Shown one piece after another: positions 50,301 to 64,000 of a stretch of 64,000 bases of DNA (within the stretch, counting starts at the first letter, position 1; each line of letters starts with the position of its first letter). The notes under the pieces were generated by a model, which searched no databases, was not told the origin of the DNA, and was given only the letters and a program-made list of their open reading frames with translations. This stretch comes from Selaginella moellendorffii. Taxonomy: Eukaryota > Plantae > Lycopodiophyta. A program made the translations under genes and the position numbers. The stretch spans positions 440,169 through 504,168 of the forward strand of contig NW_003314304.1 of the NCBI RefSeq assembly GCF_000143415.4, written 5' to 3'.

Positions 50301-51139
50301 TTTGAAAGTTCTAGAGTTTTTGTAACTTTCCTACAGCAAGCTATAATACAAGCTCCAAATAAGAAACTTTTACTTGAGGATTCTTTACATCCGGATCTAG
50401 TCTGCATCATGGAAAGCCATCAATTTACTCTGGAACTTCCCTCACACCGGTGCTGCTCAAATCCAGGTATCCGCGTTGGAGCTATCAAGTCGGCTCTTGG
50501 TACCAAAGACTATTCAACACTAGCTCTGGCGAGTTATGGATATTGGCAAGCTTAAGTAAGCTTACTTCCATGTTAAAATCTCAATGTTTCATCTAACACA
50601 AACCTCTAGGTGTTTGGCCCGCATCCAAGAGCATAACGAGCGGACAAGGAAGAATCAAGTAGCAGCTCCATCATAGTCAAAAACCATTGAAGCAAAGGAT
50701 TCTTTGCCCAAGGTGGGGATGAAGAGGACTAACTTAGTATATAAGATCAGGCGTTGGCATAGAGTTCTCGTCTCTCTCATTGAGTTACAGATCAACCCCA
50801 AGCACAAGCCATCGAACAGTGCTGGGATCTTACGTTTTGTTGCTACAATTTGACAGGAAATTCTCAAGCACGGTGTTGTACCGTGGACTAGAAATGCTCA
50901 GAGCAAACCCCAGTGCAGTGAAATTGATCAATCGAAAGCTCTTTTATTCAACACCTCGTAAGATCCACTTTGAGACCAGGTGGAGTTAAACGAATGTTTT
51001 GTAGAAAGTTTGGGTACTGCATTATTATGCCGAAAGAGGGCATCTTGGAAATGAAAGGGATTGAAGCTTGACGCATTGTTTTGCCGCCAAATCTTGTGAC
51101 CTGGAACATTCTTATCATGTCGTCTGCCATCTCTTCAAC

Positions 51140-53943
<2,804 letters not shown>

Positions 53944-54893
53944 CGCTCCAGGGAAATCTTCTCCCCACGCGGCTCCATTTTAAAGGCTAAAGCGCGGGCG
54001 GAAGCTCCAACCACGAGCAAAGGCCACTCCGCCAGGCGATCAATAAGTCTCGTCCATTTCTATCGGATCTCGCATCATATCACCAAAATCCAAAGAAAGA
54101 ACCTCGCACGCATCATTCCCGCCAAATGCAGGCAACTTAAAACACTAAACCCCAGCTAGGGCTTTGTTTTACCGCATTAAAACAAAGACTAGAGTTACAA
54201 GGAGTGTTAAATCACTCGCTCTCTCTCTCGTGTCTAGCTAGCTTCTATGACGCCTTTGCTGTGAAGGGGCCGCAACGCTAGCCTTCTTATAATACAAAGT
54301 TTTTTGATGAGCAGCTTGATTAGGATGTACCCACTGTCCATAAGAAGAATTAGCAGCTGCGGTTCCACCACCACCACCACCACCACCACCACCGCCACTA
54401 CCAGCGGCACTACTAGCAGAAGGCGGTGGCGGAGGCCCTGGCGGTAGAGGTGGCCGCAAGACTGGAAATCCTCCGCCTGGATTCGACGAGCTATCCTCGA
54501 CGATGGCTTACAGGAGCAGGGATTAAGCTTCTTTGCGAGTGGAAGCGGAGTCTCTCTAGCAGTGAAAGCGGATCTTGTTACTACAACGATTGATCCACGA
54601 AAATCCAGCAAAGAGAAAAGGTCGAGAACTTACACGATGGCAAATGGTGGAGAGAAATCCCAGTGGAAGCCAACGCCTCCTGTGTGCTGCATGAAAGCTG
54701 CCATGTATCGCCATACGCGTCGATCGAGGAGACTGGACCCTTGAATCCTCTGGTTCACCCAGCGATGCCCACATTCCATCCCATCCACTGTCATCCTCGA
54801 TCAGGGCTGGATCCTGCAAGCCCTGGCGCGGTGGTGCGCCAGAGATCCCCGAGACATTGATAGCATAGCTTAAACCCTGGATGGAAGCTTTAC

Positions 54894-55391
54894 ATGGTTG
54901 CCAAGAACATCTTTCGCCGGGATGATCACTTGGAATCATACGCTTGTCTCGTCAGGTGCTGTGGCAACGCGAAATATCTGAGCGATGCTCGCAAGATCCA
55001 CGCTTTGATCGAAGGAACCCATTACAAGAACAACATCTACATCGTCCAAATGTATGGCAAATGTGGGAGCTCTGGCGACGCACGCAGCGTGTTTGATTCC
55101 CTTCGCACCCCCAACTCCTTTTCATGGACAATCCTGCTCCAAGCCCACATTCACAACCAGCAGCTCCACGAGGCCAAGCGCGTTCTCGATTCCATGCCCG
55201 GGAAGAATGTAGTGACTTGGAATGCGCTTCTTTCGGCAAATGCCAACAGCGGGCAAGTTCATAAAGCCAGGCTTGTTTTCGATCGAATTCCAGAGTGGGA
55301 CGTTTTTTGCATGAATGCTATTGTCACTGGGTTTGCGAAAGCTGGAATGATCAGCCAGGCTAGAAACCAATTTGAAAACATGCCAGCGTGA
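54894..55391 (+). pseudogene. PPR copy 4, 3'-truncated
   Basis: Matches the first ~170 codons of copy 1 with a 12-bp deletion near 55042; homology breaks at about 55385. Confidence 0.9.
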
Positions 55392-55980
55392 TTTCCAGAA
55401 AGAGTACGTGCCTCGCTTCCATGCTTTAGATGCTCAAATGATTCTTTCATTCGCTTTCGCTCGCATAAATTACTCGTGTTGACAAGAAAAGAGTTGAAGT
55501 GTGTGTGAGAGAGAGAGCTGTGTGTGTGTAAGTGTGTAACTTATCATGTAGATTCCCCTGCATTCCCTGTCCTTTTGCTTCCTTTTTTTGTTCCATAGGC
55601 CAATGGATCGCTTGCTTCTTCTCTCCTCTTGCACTCTGCTTCGTCAGTTTCACTCGGGAAAACGTATTCTTAAGTAATTGTTCGTTGGCCTCGGCGAGAA
55701 ACGAAGGCTTTCCCCATTTTCTCCAGAGATGATCTTAAGACGTTGTTTTCTTGTGAGAATCGGTGCTCCTCCTCCCCAGCACCATGCATTTGATGATTCC
55801 ACGCCACCATTTGCCTCGTCATATGCTCACTGCCGCTGTTCTTCCTCTGCTTCCAGAGCACAGGCGCCAGAAAACTTTGAAGAGGCATTGTGAACTTGAC
55901 ACCATTTCCTCCAGGTATTTCATCTCTTGTTTGATCGTTTTCTTGACGATGTTCACCTCAGGTAATCCAAGCTTTCAGGC

Positions 55981-57581
55981 ATGGTGAAGTTCCAGAAGCA
56001 GCTCGTCCCAGAGTGGCGGGTGAAGTACTGCGACTACAAGCAGCTCAAGAAAGCTGTCAAGAGAATCAAAAACCAGATCCTACATACCAAGAACCAGGAG
56101 CACAAGGTGTTCGATCCAAATGTCTTCTCGGTTGACAAGAGCAAGCTTCAAAACTTGCTGCAAAATCCCAGCGCCATTCTGAGCAGCTGCTGCGAACAAT
56201 CCATATCCTCGGAAACGTCCATGGTTTGTGATGATGTTCTGGACTGTAAAGACAAAACAAAACACTTCAATATGATCAGGTTGTGCACAAGACGAGAACT
56301 GGAGATGGCGAGGATTTTTACGAGACGGAGCTGTTCGGAACTCGATCGGATCACGAAAAGAGCTTCTTTTTCGGCCTTGACGATCAGCTCAACAAAGTGG
56401 ACAAGTTTTTTAGATGCAAGGAAGACGAGTACGATGCTCAAGCACAGCAACTTCACATCTAAATGGAAGAGCTCATCGCTATGCAAGGTAGCCTCTAATT
56501 CTGTAGCACTTAACTTGGAATTGTTTGATCTCTGCCATGTTGTAGATGACGAATCTCAGAGTTTGAAGGGGAGCCCCGGCAACAAAGGAAAGGTTCAGCG
56601 AGCAGCCAAGATGCTCCAGACGGCCTTTGTCGAATTTTATCGTGGGCTTCGACTCCTAAGAAACTTCAGGTGAATGACCTCTAGATCCATGTTCTCAAAG
56701 TGTTGAAAACTTACTTGCCAGCTCCTTGAACATGATGGCATTCGTCAAGATCCTCAAGAAATATGACAAGGTACTTATGGAAAATGGCAAATTACTGCAG
56801 ACTTCTAAAAAGGTTTTTTAAATTCTCAGGTGACTGGACAGAATGCGTCTGGCAGTTATCTGAAGATGGTCGAAACTCTCATTTTGCAACGTTGGATAAG
56901 GTGTGAAGAAATTTTCCTTTGGGGGTCTTGCTGATGGGATTTCATTGCTCCAATGCACTCCAGGTAGTAAAGTTTATGGACCATGTAGAGAGAGTGTTCA
57001 CTCTGCACTTTACAAAAGGCAACCGAAAGCAAGCCATGGCATATCTCAGGCCCATACACTCTGCGAGCAATCATGGGAATATAAACTTTATCCTGGGTAA
57101 GAGCAGGATATCCATTTCATTCATTCGGATCTTCGTTATTAATTAACCTTCTTCTATTAAAATCTATAGGCCTCTTCAGTGGTTGCTCCTGGAGTCTCCT
57201 AGCAGCGTTTGTGTTAATCCTTGTGCTTGGAAACAAGGACGGGATCACAACGAAGCACATACAAGCAGTCTTCCCCATGTTCAGGTAAACAGTGCCATAC
57301 TTTTATGAAAAGTTTTGTATCTTTTGTTTCTTACAGCACACTTTTCTTGTTCGTGCTACACTTGTACATGTATGGAATGGAGCATTTACGTCTGGAAGCA
57401 GGTTCGCATCAACTACACCTTCATTTTCGAGTTTTCACCCAAGCAGGAGCTCAGACACCAAGACGTGCTTCTTCTCAACACGGGCTTGACAACTCTTATC
57501 ATAATTGGAATGATCTTTCATCTCGCAACTTACACAGTTACTCACGTTGATAGCGAAATCATCGCGCTCGTTGTCTTCCTG
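55981..57581 (+). pseudogene. PHO1: PHO1-family phosphate exporter (SPX plus first TM helices), disrupted; EXS part missing
   Basis: MVKFQKQLVPEW..YCDYKQLKK, FYETELF, FFFGLDDQLNKVDKFF, AFVEFYRGLRLLRNF/SSLNMMAFVKILKKYDK, NRKQAMAYLRP, WKQVRINYTFIFEFSP. In-frame TAA near 56460, frameshifts near 56876 and 57375. Confidence 0.9.
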
Positions 57582-57936
57582 GTGCCAATACTCTCCATTG
57601 TACATTCCACCTATGATCGACATTTGTGACAAGACTAGGGTATGTTCACGCATTTATACTCATTCTTTCATGGTGTGGATCAAAAGCGAGAACCAGACAC
57701 ACTCAGGTCGGAACGACAGGGATCAAACTCATCAGTAATAACGGAGAGGTTTGTATTCTGGATTGAATCCGCGTCTCTCAACAAGCTTTTGAAAATGGAA
57801 GGAGAAGCTTTCATTCCAAAGATTCAAGCTTTTGTTTCAAGAAGTATCGCAGTTGCTTTCGTCTTGTTCAGCAAAACCAGAGAAGAGAAACACTGCTCCT
57901 AACTTTCACGCGTATGTTCTTTGAGGACCTTTTTAG

Positions 57937-58190
57937 GTGCAAATAGAAGTACAGAAGCAACTACACGCACAGCTGGAGGTTACGTTTTCTCTTTTTTCTT
58001 TCCGGTGTAGACCTCTGGGTTCTGTTCTTTTCTCCAGCTCCAAATCGAAGCACAAGCCAAGAACTGCAAGAACGAGCCAAAGGAGGCTGCTCCAGCAGCA
58101 CTGCAGTCGACAGAAACCAGCATCTGGTCACACGCCAAGTGCCTTGAAGGAAGAGCAAAGGCAAAATTCTATCACCATTGATGATGGGAC
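57937..58190 (+). pseudogene. PHR1/PHL-like MYB-CC coiled-coil exon fragments
   Basis: AG/GT-bounded exon QIEVQKQLHAQLE (LHEQLE motif); the next exon begins LQIEAQAK (compare LQLRIEAQGK). No MYB domain. Confidence 0.65.
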
Positions 58191-58323
58191 GCAGAGATTG
58201 TATACTAGTGGTTTCATGTCAATCGCATTGCCTCTAGAAAAGGAAAGCACTCACCATACCTCTGAGAATAACTGTAATCTATTCATTTAATTTTCAGCTA
58301 AAACTTTCAGAGATCACCGGACC

Positions 58324-60870
58324 TTATCGCTTCTTTTTGCTGCGCTCTTTGGAAGGTTTGGTAGCCTCCTCTTCGAAGTCTCGCGAGCTGCAAATCAAAC
58401 AATGTTGTTGAGAGGATTCCTTCTTGAGACACCACTTTACCTTGTCAGCGTGTCTCTGCCAAGTCAAATCCATCCTTCCTGAGCTCCTGATAGATGCAAA
58501 GAGCATGAAGAACGAGCGAAAGAAAACCTGCGTCGTCATCTTTCCAGTGTGTTGGGTGTGACCGTAAGGTGCCATTTGCCAATACATGATCGTCCGAGAG
58601 AAAAAATCTCTCAGCGTTTCTCCAGGCTGAAAGACAAATCAATCACAAAACGGGAAGATGAACTACTATCATCACTCATCAAAGGTGTTCGTTGAAAATC
58701 AGCCAGGCCCAGCTCAGCCCGTATTTGATCGATCTTTGATCGTTTCATCGTCAGCCTCTTGCCTTCACCCCTCAAGAATAGCAGCTGCTCTTCAACTAGT
58801 TGCGATGACTCTGTTGCATCCTGGAATACAAGAGTAAACATACAAGTTTTGTTACATCTTTTTTTTTTCCTACCTCACAATCGTCCTCTGTTCCATTCTT
58901 AATCGATCCAGCATCACTGTTGTCATAATCACTTTCGCCTTCCTCCTCACTAGCTTCAATCCACTGGCTTTGTGTTTCCTGCTTGAGACATTAGTACGAG
59001 GCTGGATGATCCCTCGATCATAAAAACACTAACCTCAATAATGCACTTCCACACATCGAGTTGATTCAGGTCCAGTGAGAAAAGATTGTCGAGTGTCACT
59101 TTTTTTCACCGACTTCTGTCATACCTCCATACAGAAACAAAGTATCCTTTCCAACGACCATTCCAGCATTGATTTTTCCACGAGGCAACAACCTTCAAGC
59201 AGAACGCTCAACGTTCAGACGCATTTTCCACATTTGGATCGACCACTTTCTTCTGCTTTGGATGCACACTTAACCACCACACAATCTCAGATTGCCATAC
59301 CTTAATCTTTAGGCTCTTTGGCTTGCGAAGCTCCAAAGGATACCTGCGAGCGATGGTGTTTAGATAATTTAGAGAAACAATCGACGAGATACAAACCATC
59401 TAGAAAGCATATACATCTCGATCATAAAAACGTTGTGCAGCGAATCACCTGCAAAAGACATTAGTTTTTCCAACGCATGCATTCAAACCGTAATCATCAG
59501 TATCAACTACACCACCAAACAAGATGGCTCGTCTCTTGTGGACAAAAATCCTGCTCTTACCGGATTCTTTCACCTTCACAAAACACAGCAAAAAACTAAA
59601 ACTCCAAACGAGAATGTAAAAGAAGCAAACCTTGTCCCACTCCCAATCCGTGGATCTAACGTCCACATATCTGCGAGTACTACAGCTTTGTCGGATTGAT
59701 CTTTGTCAGAGGCAGGCTGTTTAAAATAGCCACCGTAAAAGAAAATCTTAAGGAAACGAAAAAATGTTCACAACACGCAAAACTATACTTTTAGTAGACA
59801 AATACCTCATCTAAATAAACAGCAAGCTGAAAATCAGTTCTAGCTGAAGGCCAGGCAGCTCCAAACTTGGTTTTATTTCTTGCCACTGTAAAAGGAAATC
59901 AGTTTAGTTGTTTAAAAAACAATGAGCGACAGAAACAAACCTTATAATTGTCTAAGTCCAGCACTTAAAGATTATTAAAGTACCTGTGTCAAAAATTCAA
60001 TACTAAACATCTACACTGCTGAAACAGCCGACCTTACTTCCCTCAACGTGTCATAAAATCGACCAAATAGAATAAGTTTATGTTTGTAGAGAACCTGTGG
60101 CAAGAAAGAAAAAAACATAAAGATTATGTTTAGAAGCGCAATTCATACCAATCTATGTCCGAAACGAGCACCTGGACAGCCTTTTAGTTGGAGCTGCTCC
60201 CACACATTTGTGTTTGAATCCAGTCTCCATAAATCCTGCAAAAACTCTCTTGCAAGTCAGCTAGAAACACACCTAATAGTGATGAAACCGAATTCACCAC
60301 CTACACTGCCAAAAGCAAGAGAAGCCCTGGAAAAATACATCATACCAATAATGAAGAGCCAGTTTTTCCACGCAACCGCCTGGAGGAGAGTTTGGACTGG
60401 TGACAGGCTTCCACTCGTTCTTCTCGATGTTGTATTGGTAGAGATCACCATAAACGTAAGTCTAGCATAGCAAACACGAAGATCAAATCACCGTAGCGAA
60501 ACTAATCACAAACCTTGTCACCATTGTTAGTATTCACCTCCATAGACGATCAGCTCAGTGTCCTTGATGGGATTTACAGTCACCTGAAACGCAAGAAAAG
60601 AAGAATTCTAGAGAATGTGAGCTTCCAGAGTGGAGATTTCAATCGAATTCTTACGCACAGAGCAATTGCATTGTGGTGAAGGAGCTGCTACATTCTCATC
60701 GACATGAATTTCGCTCTTCTTTGCTTTCTCCTCGTGGAGTTTAGCCTGACAAAAAGGAAAACGATTGAGAGTCTTTGGCCAGAGCTTTGCTTACCAAGAT
60801 CGCACCAATATCATCCTCGTCCCACACCTTCTTCTCGTCGCCATGAGCTCGCCGCCTTGACCGTCTTGCT
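58324..60870 (-). pseudogene. Kelch domain-containing protein 4 (KLHDC4/KEL3-like, DUF4110 C-terminus), multi-exon, frameshifted
   Basis: DEDDI, IHVDENVAAPSP, VNPIKDTELIVYGGEY, TYVYGDLY..SPNSPP / QAVAWKNWLF, GGEF, QIRAELGLADFQRTP, YWQMA..HTQHTGK, ELRKDGFDLAETR. Frameshifts near 60525 and 60382; N-terminus deleted. Confidence 0.82.
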
Positions 60871-60909
60871 CGAAAAACCCTAAAACCTAAATTTGTTGTC
60901 CACTTTCTT

Positions 60910-61040
60910 AGTGCTTTGCTTCCATACTATGGCTTTGCTTCCACACTTCCACAGCTGGCACATGCTTTGCTTCCACAGCTGGCATATACTTTGCTTTTCT
61001 TCCACAGCTGGCATACTTCTTTGCTTCCACTGCTGGCAAG
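60910..61040. repeat. Degenerate minisatellite, core TTTGCTTCCACAGCTGGCA, about 5-6 copies
   Basis: Core visible near 60915, 60933, 60965, 60989 and 61020, between two divergent genes. Confidence 0.8.
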
Positions 61041-61100
61041 GTTCACTTTTACAAGTTTACTCGTGCTGTCCACTGCCCCTTCGATCCAGGGCAAACTTCC

Positions 61101-64000
61101 ATGGAGGAGGAGGAGCGACGAGTGTGGATCGACTGTGGCTCTGTCAAGCAGATCAAGGAGGCTCTCGCAGCGAAGCGGGACAACAAGCGGCACTTCAATG
61201 CGATTCGGTTTTCTTGTGGGGCGATCTGTGACCCATCCGAAGGTGAGTTTGTTGATAAGGTGAGTGCTACCGTCGAGAGTTTTGGAGGCACAGAGGAGGA
61301 TCTGATTGGTGTGCTCAACTGGTGCATTTCAAATCCGCCCTGTTTAGACAGGGCTCTGGATGTGGGAGATGCTCCTGGTGATGGCAGTTCGTCTGCTGCT
61401 GCTGCTGCTCACATTGACATTCTCAAGGCCGCTTTGGTACCACAGCTCGACATCAGATTCATCCACTTCGCTGCCAGGGTCGCTTGTACGTTGGGCATTC
61501 CCAGTGATCGAATGCAAAGGGTGGCAGAGGGCATTGCTCCTCCTCAGCAGGGACAGGATATTGGCCAGATTGAGGGGCAGAGGTTTGCAAAGCTACTGAT
61601 GATGACAGAGGAATTCAAGGTCTTGAAAGTGCTAATATTCTATTGGGAAGGCAAAGACACCCTCACACCACCTCAGGAGCTTGAGTTGGCCTTTGCTCAG
61701 CTCGACTGCTTGACAGAGCTCTGGTTGATCAATGTTGGGAACCCAGAGACTCTCCTTAGCCAACTCCTTAGGAAAGCAGGAAACAACTTGAAACGTCTCG
61801 AATTGCTGGCGAACAGGATGACAGTGGAAGGATTTGGGAAATTGAGTAGGGATCTGGCAAGTCAGGAGTGCAAGGTGGAAGAGTTAGTCATCCTGGATAA
61901 GGACATTGACAAGGAAGGGTGGGAACAGGCATTTCAGAGTGGCATTTGCAATAAGCTAGTAGAACTGAAGGCATGGTTTCCAGAGGGGGCAGGTGAAGCA
62001 CTCTTCAAGGCACTCACGAGTCCAAACTGTTCGCTGCAAAGACTATTCCTATTTTCGGGTACTGATGCTGGAGTGTTGCCATGGGTATGCAAGGCTCTTC
62101 AGGAGGGCACCAGCCTGTCAGTTTTAGATTGCCGATATATGAGACAGAGTGAGGACCTGAGCAATGCAACGGGCCTGGGTGAGGCCCTGAGCAGCGCTAA
62201 GTGTGGCTTGGAGGAACTCACCGTTACACTTTATCCAGGTGATGGTGGTGGATGGTTGGGCAAAGCGCTACAAAATCCCAATGGCAAGCTGATCAAGCTC
62301 AAGCTTGAACTTGATTGTCCCAACGAGGGAGGAGGAATGGTCTGTGGCAGCAGTCTGTGGTCAGCTCTCTCAAGTCCACATTGTAAGCTGCGCCATTTGG
62401 AAATAACTGGTATCTCGGGAAGAGAGTTACCGTTGGAGATTGCCAAGGGCATAGAGAAGAGCCAACTGGAGCATTTGGGTATATGGAGGTGCAAAATCAC
62501 GAATGGGGAGCTCTTTTGGAAAGCTATCACCAGCTGCAAGTATCTGAAAGCTTTGTCATGTGAGTCGGAACTGCCATGGAGGTGCCTCTTGGGAAGCAGC
62601 ATTGAAGACTTAAATATTCAATTTAAGTCAGAAATTGAAAAGCTGGAAGAGCTTTGCCAGTTGCTGGGGGATCCAAAATGCAAGGTGCGCAGATTCAGGG
62701 CTCCTTATCTTAGAAGTGATGCACAGAAAAGACAAATTCTGGCTGCCCTGGAGGAAAACTACCAAAGCCTCGCGGAAGAGCTTGATATAGGCAATGATTC
62801 CGAAGCTTCTGAAGCTTTCAAGCAGAGGTGTTCTGGTCTTTTAGAGCGGAATGCAATCTTCCAGCAGAGTGCATTCAAAGACTTTGACAACCCGTCAACA
62901 GCAAAGCTCTTCTTGTGTGGTGCTAGCGGGGTTGGAAAAACCACAATAAAAAACAACCTCTGCCGCAGAGTGTCTTGGTTTCCATCATGTCTCCAAAGGC
63001 ATGCTTCAACAGCAGGCATTGAGCTGCAACCACTTGTCTATGCAACCACCAAACAAAAGCTACTCATTTGCGACCTAGCTGGACAGGAAGAGTTCCATGT
63101 TTTCCACCAGTACTTTCTTAGAGGAAGTGAGAAGGATCTCTTCTTGATCGTATGCAAGGTGGAGGATGGCAATTGTGAGGTTTTCAAGCAGAATTTGGTT
63201 TATTGGCTGAGGTTCATTGCTTCACATCAGTCAGCCTCACCCAAAAGGAAGCCCAGGGTCTTGATTGCCCTGAATTTTTTCTCTCCAAAACCAGGCTATG
63301 ACCCAATGGAGGTGGTTTCTGCAATAATCTCTGACAAAGGCTATGGGCAAGTACTTGAGCTTGGAAATGATACGGCAGACTTTTGTTTTAAGGTGGTGGC
63401 CACCCGAGTGACAGATTTAAGGGGGATAAAAACCATGTTGGGGAGTTGCTTGGACAAATTGCTGTCAGCCCAGCAACAAATACCACGGGAATGTCTCAAT
63501 GCAAAGAGGAAACTGGTACAAGGTGCAAGTCACAAGAGGTCATACCCCTAGACAAAGTTGGTGAAATCCTCTTGCCTAACAGCAGTTCCAAAAGCAGAGA
63601 AGCCAGAAAGAACATTGTTAAATTCGTCTTGCAGTTTCTACATGATTGTGGAGATGCAATTTACTTTGGCTTGGGACATGAAGAGGGTGACATTGTGCCT
63701 CAATTTGTCATCTTAGATGTCCAATGGTTTATGAGGGATGTGGTGCAACTCTTCATACCTACAGAGAAGACTAGCAAACTCAAAAGTCGAATGGAAACAC
63801 ATGAAGTTAAATATCAATTGCAAGAACAATGTGGGAACCAAGACAAAATAGTGGAGTACATTCTTGGAGTGCTCCATGAGATGGGAGTGATATTGCCTTG
63901 GGATGATACATGGGATGGGAATTGGCATAACCTGCCCAAGGACTTGATAGTGCCAACACTATTGCAAGAAGAATATTCACCTCCAGAATATTTATTATTG
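61101..64000 (+). CDS. LRR-Roc-COR (Roco, TORNADO1-like) GTPase, intronless; frameshift at ~63490-63550; runs off the window
   Basis: RI-like LRRs (ALTSPNCSLQRLFL, ALSSPHCKLRHLEI); G1 LFLCGASGVGKTT, G2 ASTAGI, G3 CDLAGQEEFHVFHQYF. After TAG at 63551, the -1 frame is open to 64000 with COR motifs LQFLHDCGDAIYF, VILDVQWF, LIVPTLL. Confidence 0.85.

Noticed and set aside
60910-61040. CRISPR-like repeat array
   Set aside because: Degenerate repeats, no unique regular spacers, no cas genes, eukaryotic context.
63490-63551. Programmed -1 ribosomal frameshift in the Roco gene
   Set aside because: No canonical X XXY YYZ slippery heptamer seen; a mutation or sequencing error is simpler.

Overview
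Eukaryotic plant nuclear DNA. Short 50-70 bp GT-AG introns, SS-rich PLS-class PPR genes and a DYW:WW-type editing factor suggest a lycophyte such as Selaginella (inference only). From left to right: an intact GH29 alpha-L-fucosidase (-); a PPR/SEC16 chimeric pseudogene; a nested cluster of decayed retroelements (two Ty3/gypsy, one LINE) containing a young 593-bp Cassandra-type TRIM with 5S rRNA-like LTRs; a PPR-DYW gene with an N-terminal OSB-type PDF motif and about 4.5 near-identical 333-bp repeats; a Harbinger transposase pseudogene; a tandem array of 8.4-10.9 kb units (three full, one partial), where all three subtilases look intact and only the first of four PPR copies does, with a solo LTR in unit 2; a mosaic of PHO1, PHR1-like MYB-CC and KLHDC4 pseudogene fragments; and an intronless LRR-Roc-COR (TORNADO1/Roco-like) gene with one frameshift that runs off the right edge. 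The most notable items are the PDF-PPR-DYW fusion, whose repeats vary at the base-specifying positions, and the Cassandra element.
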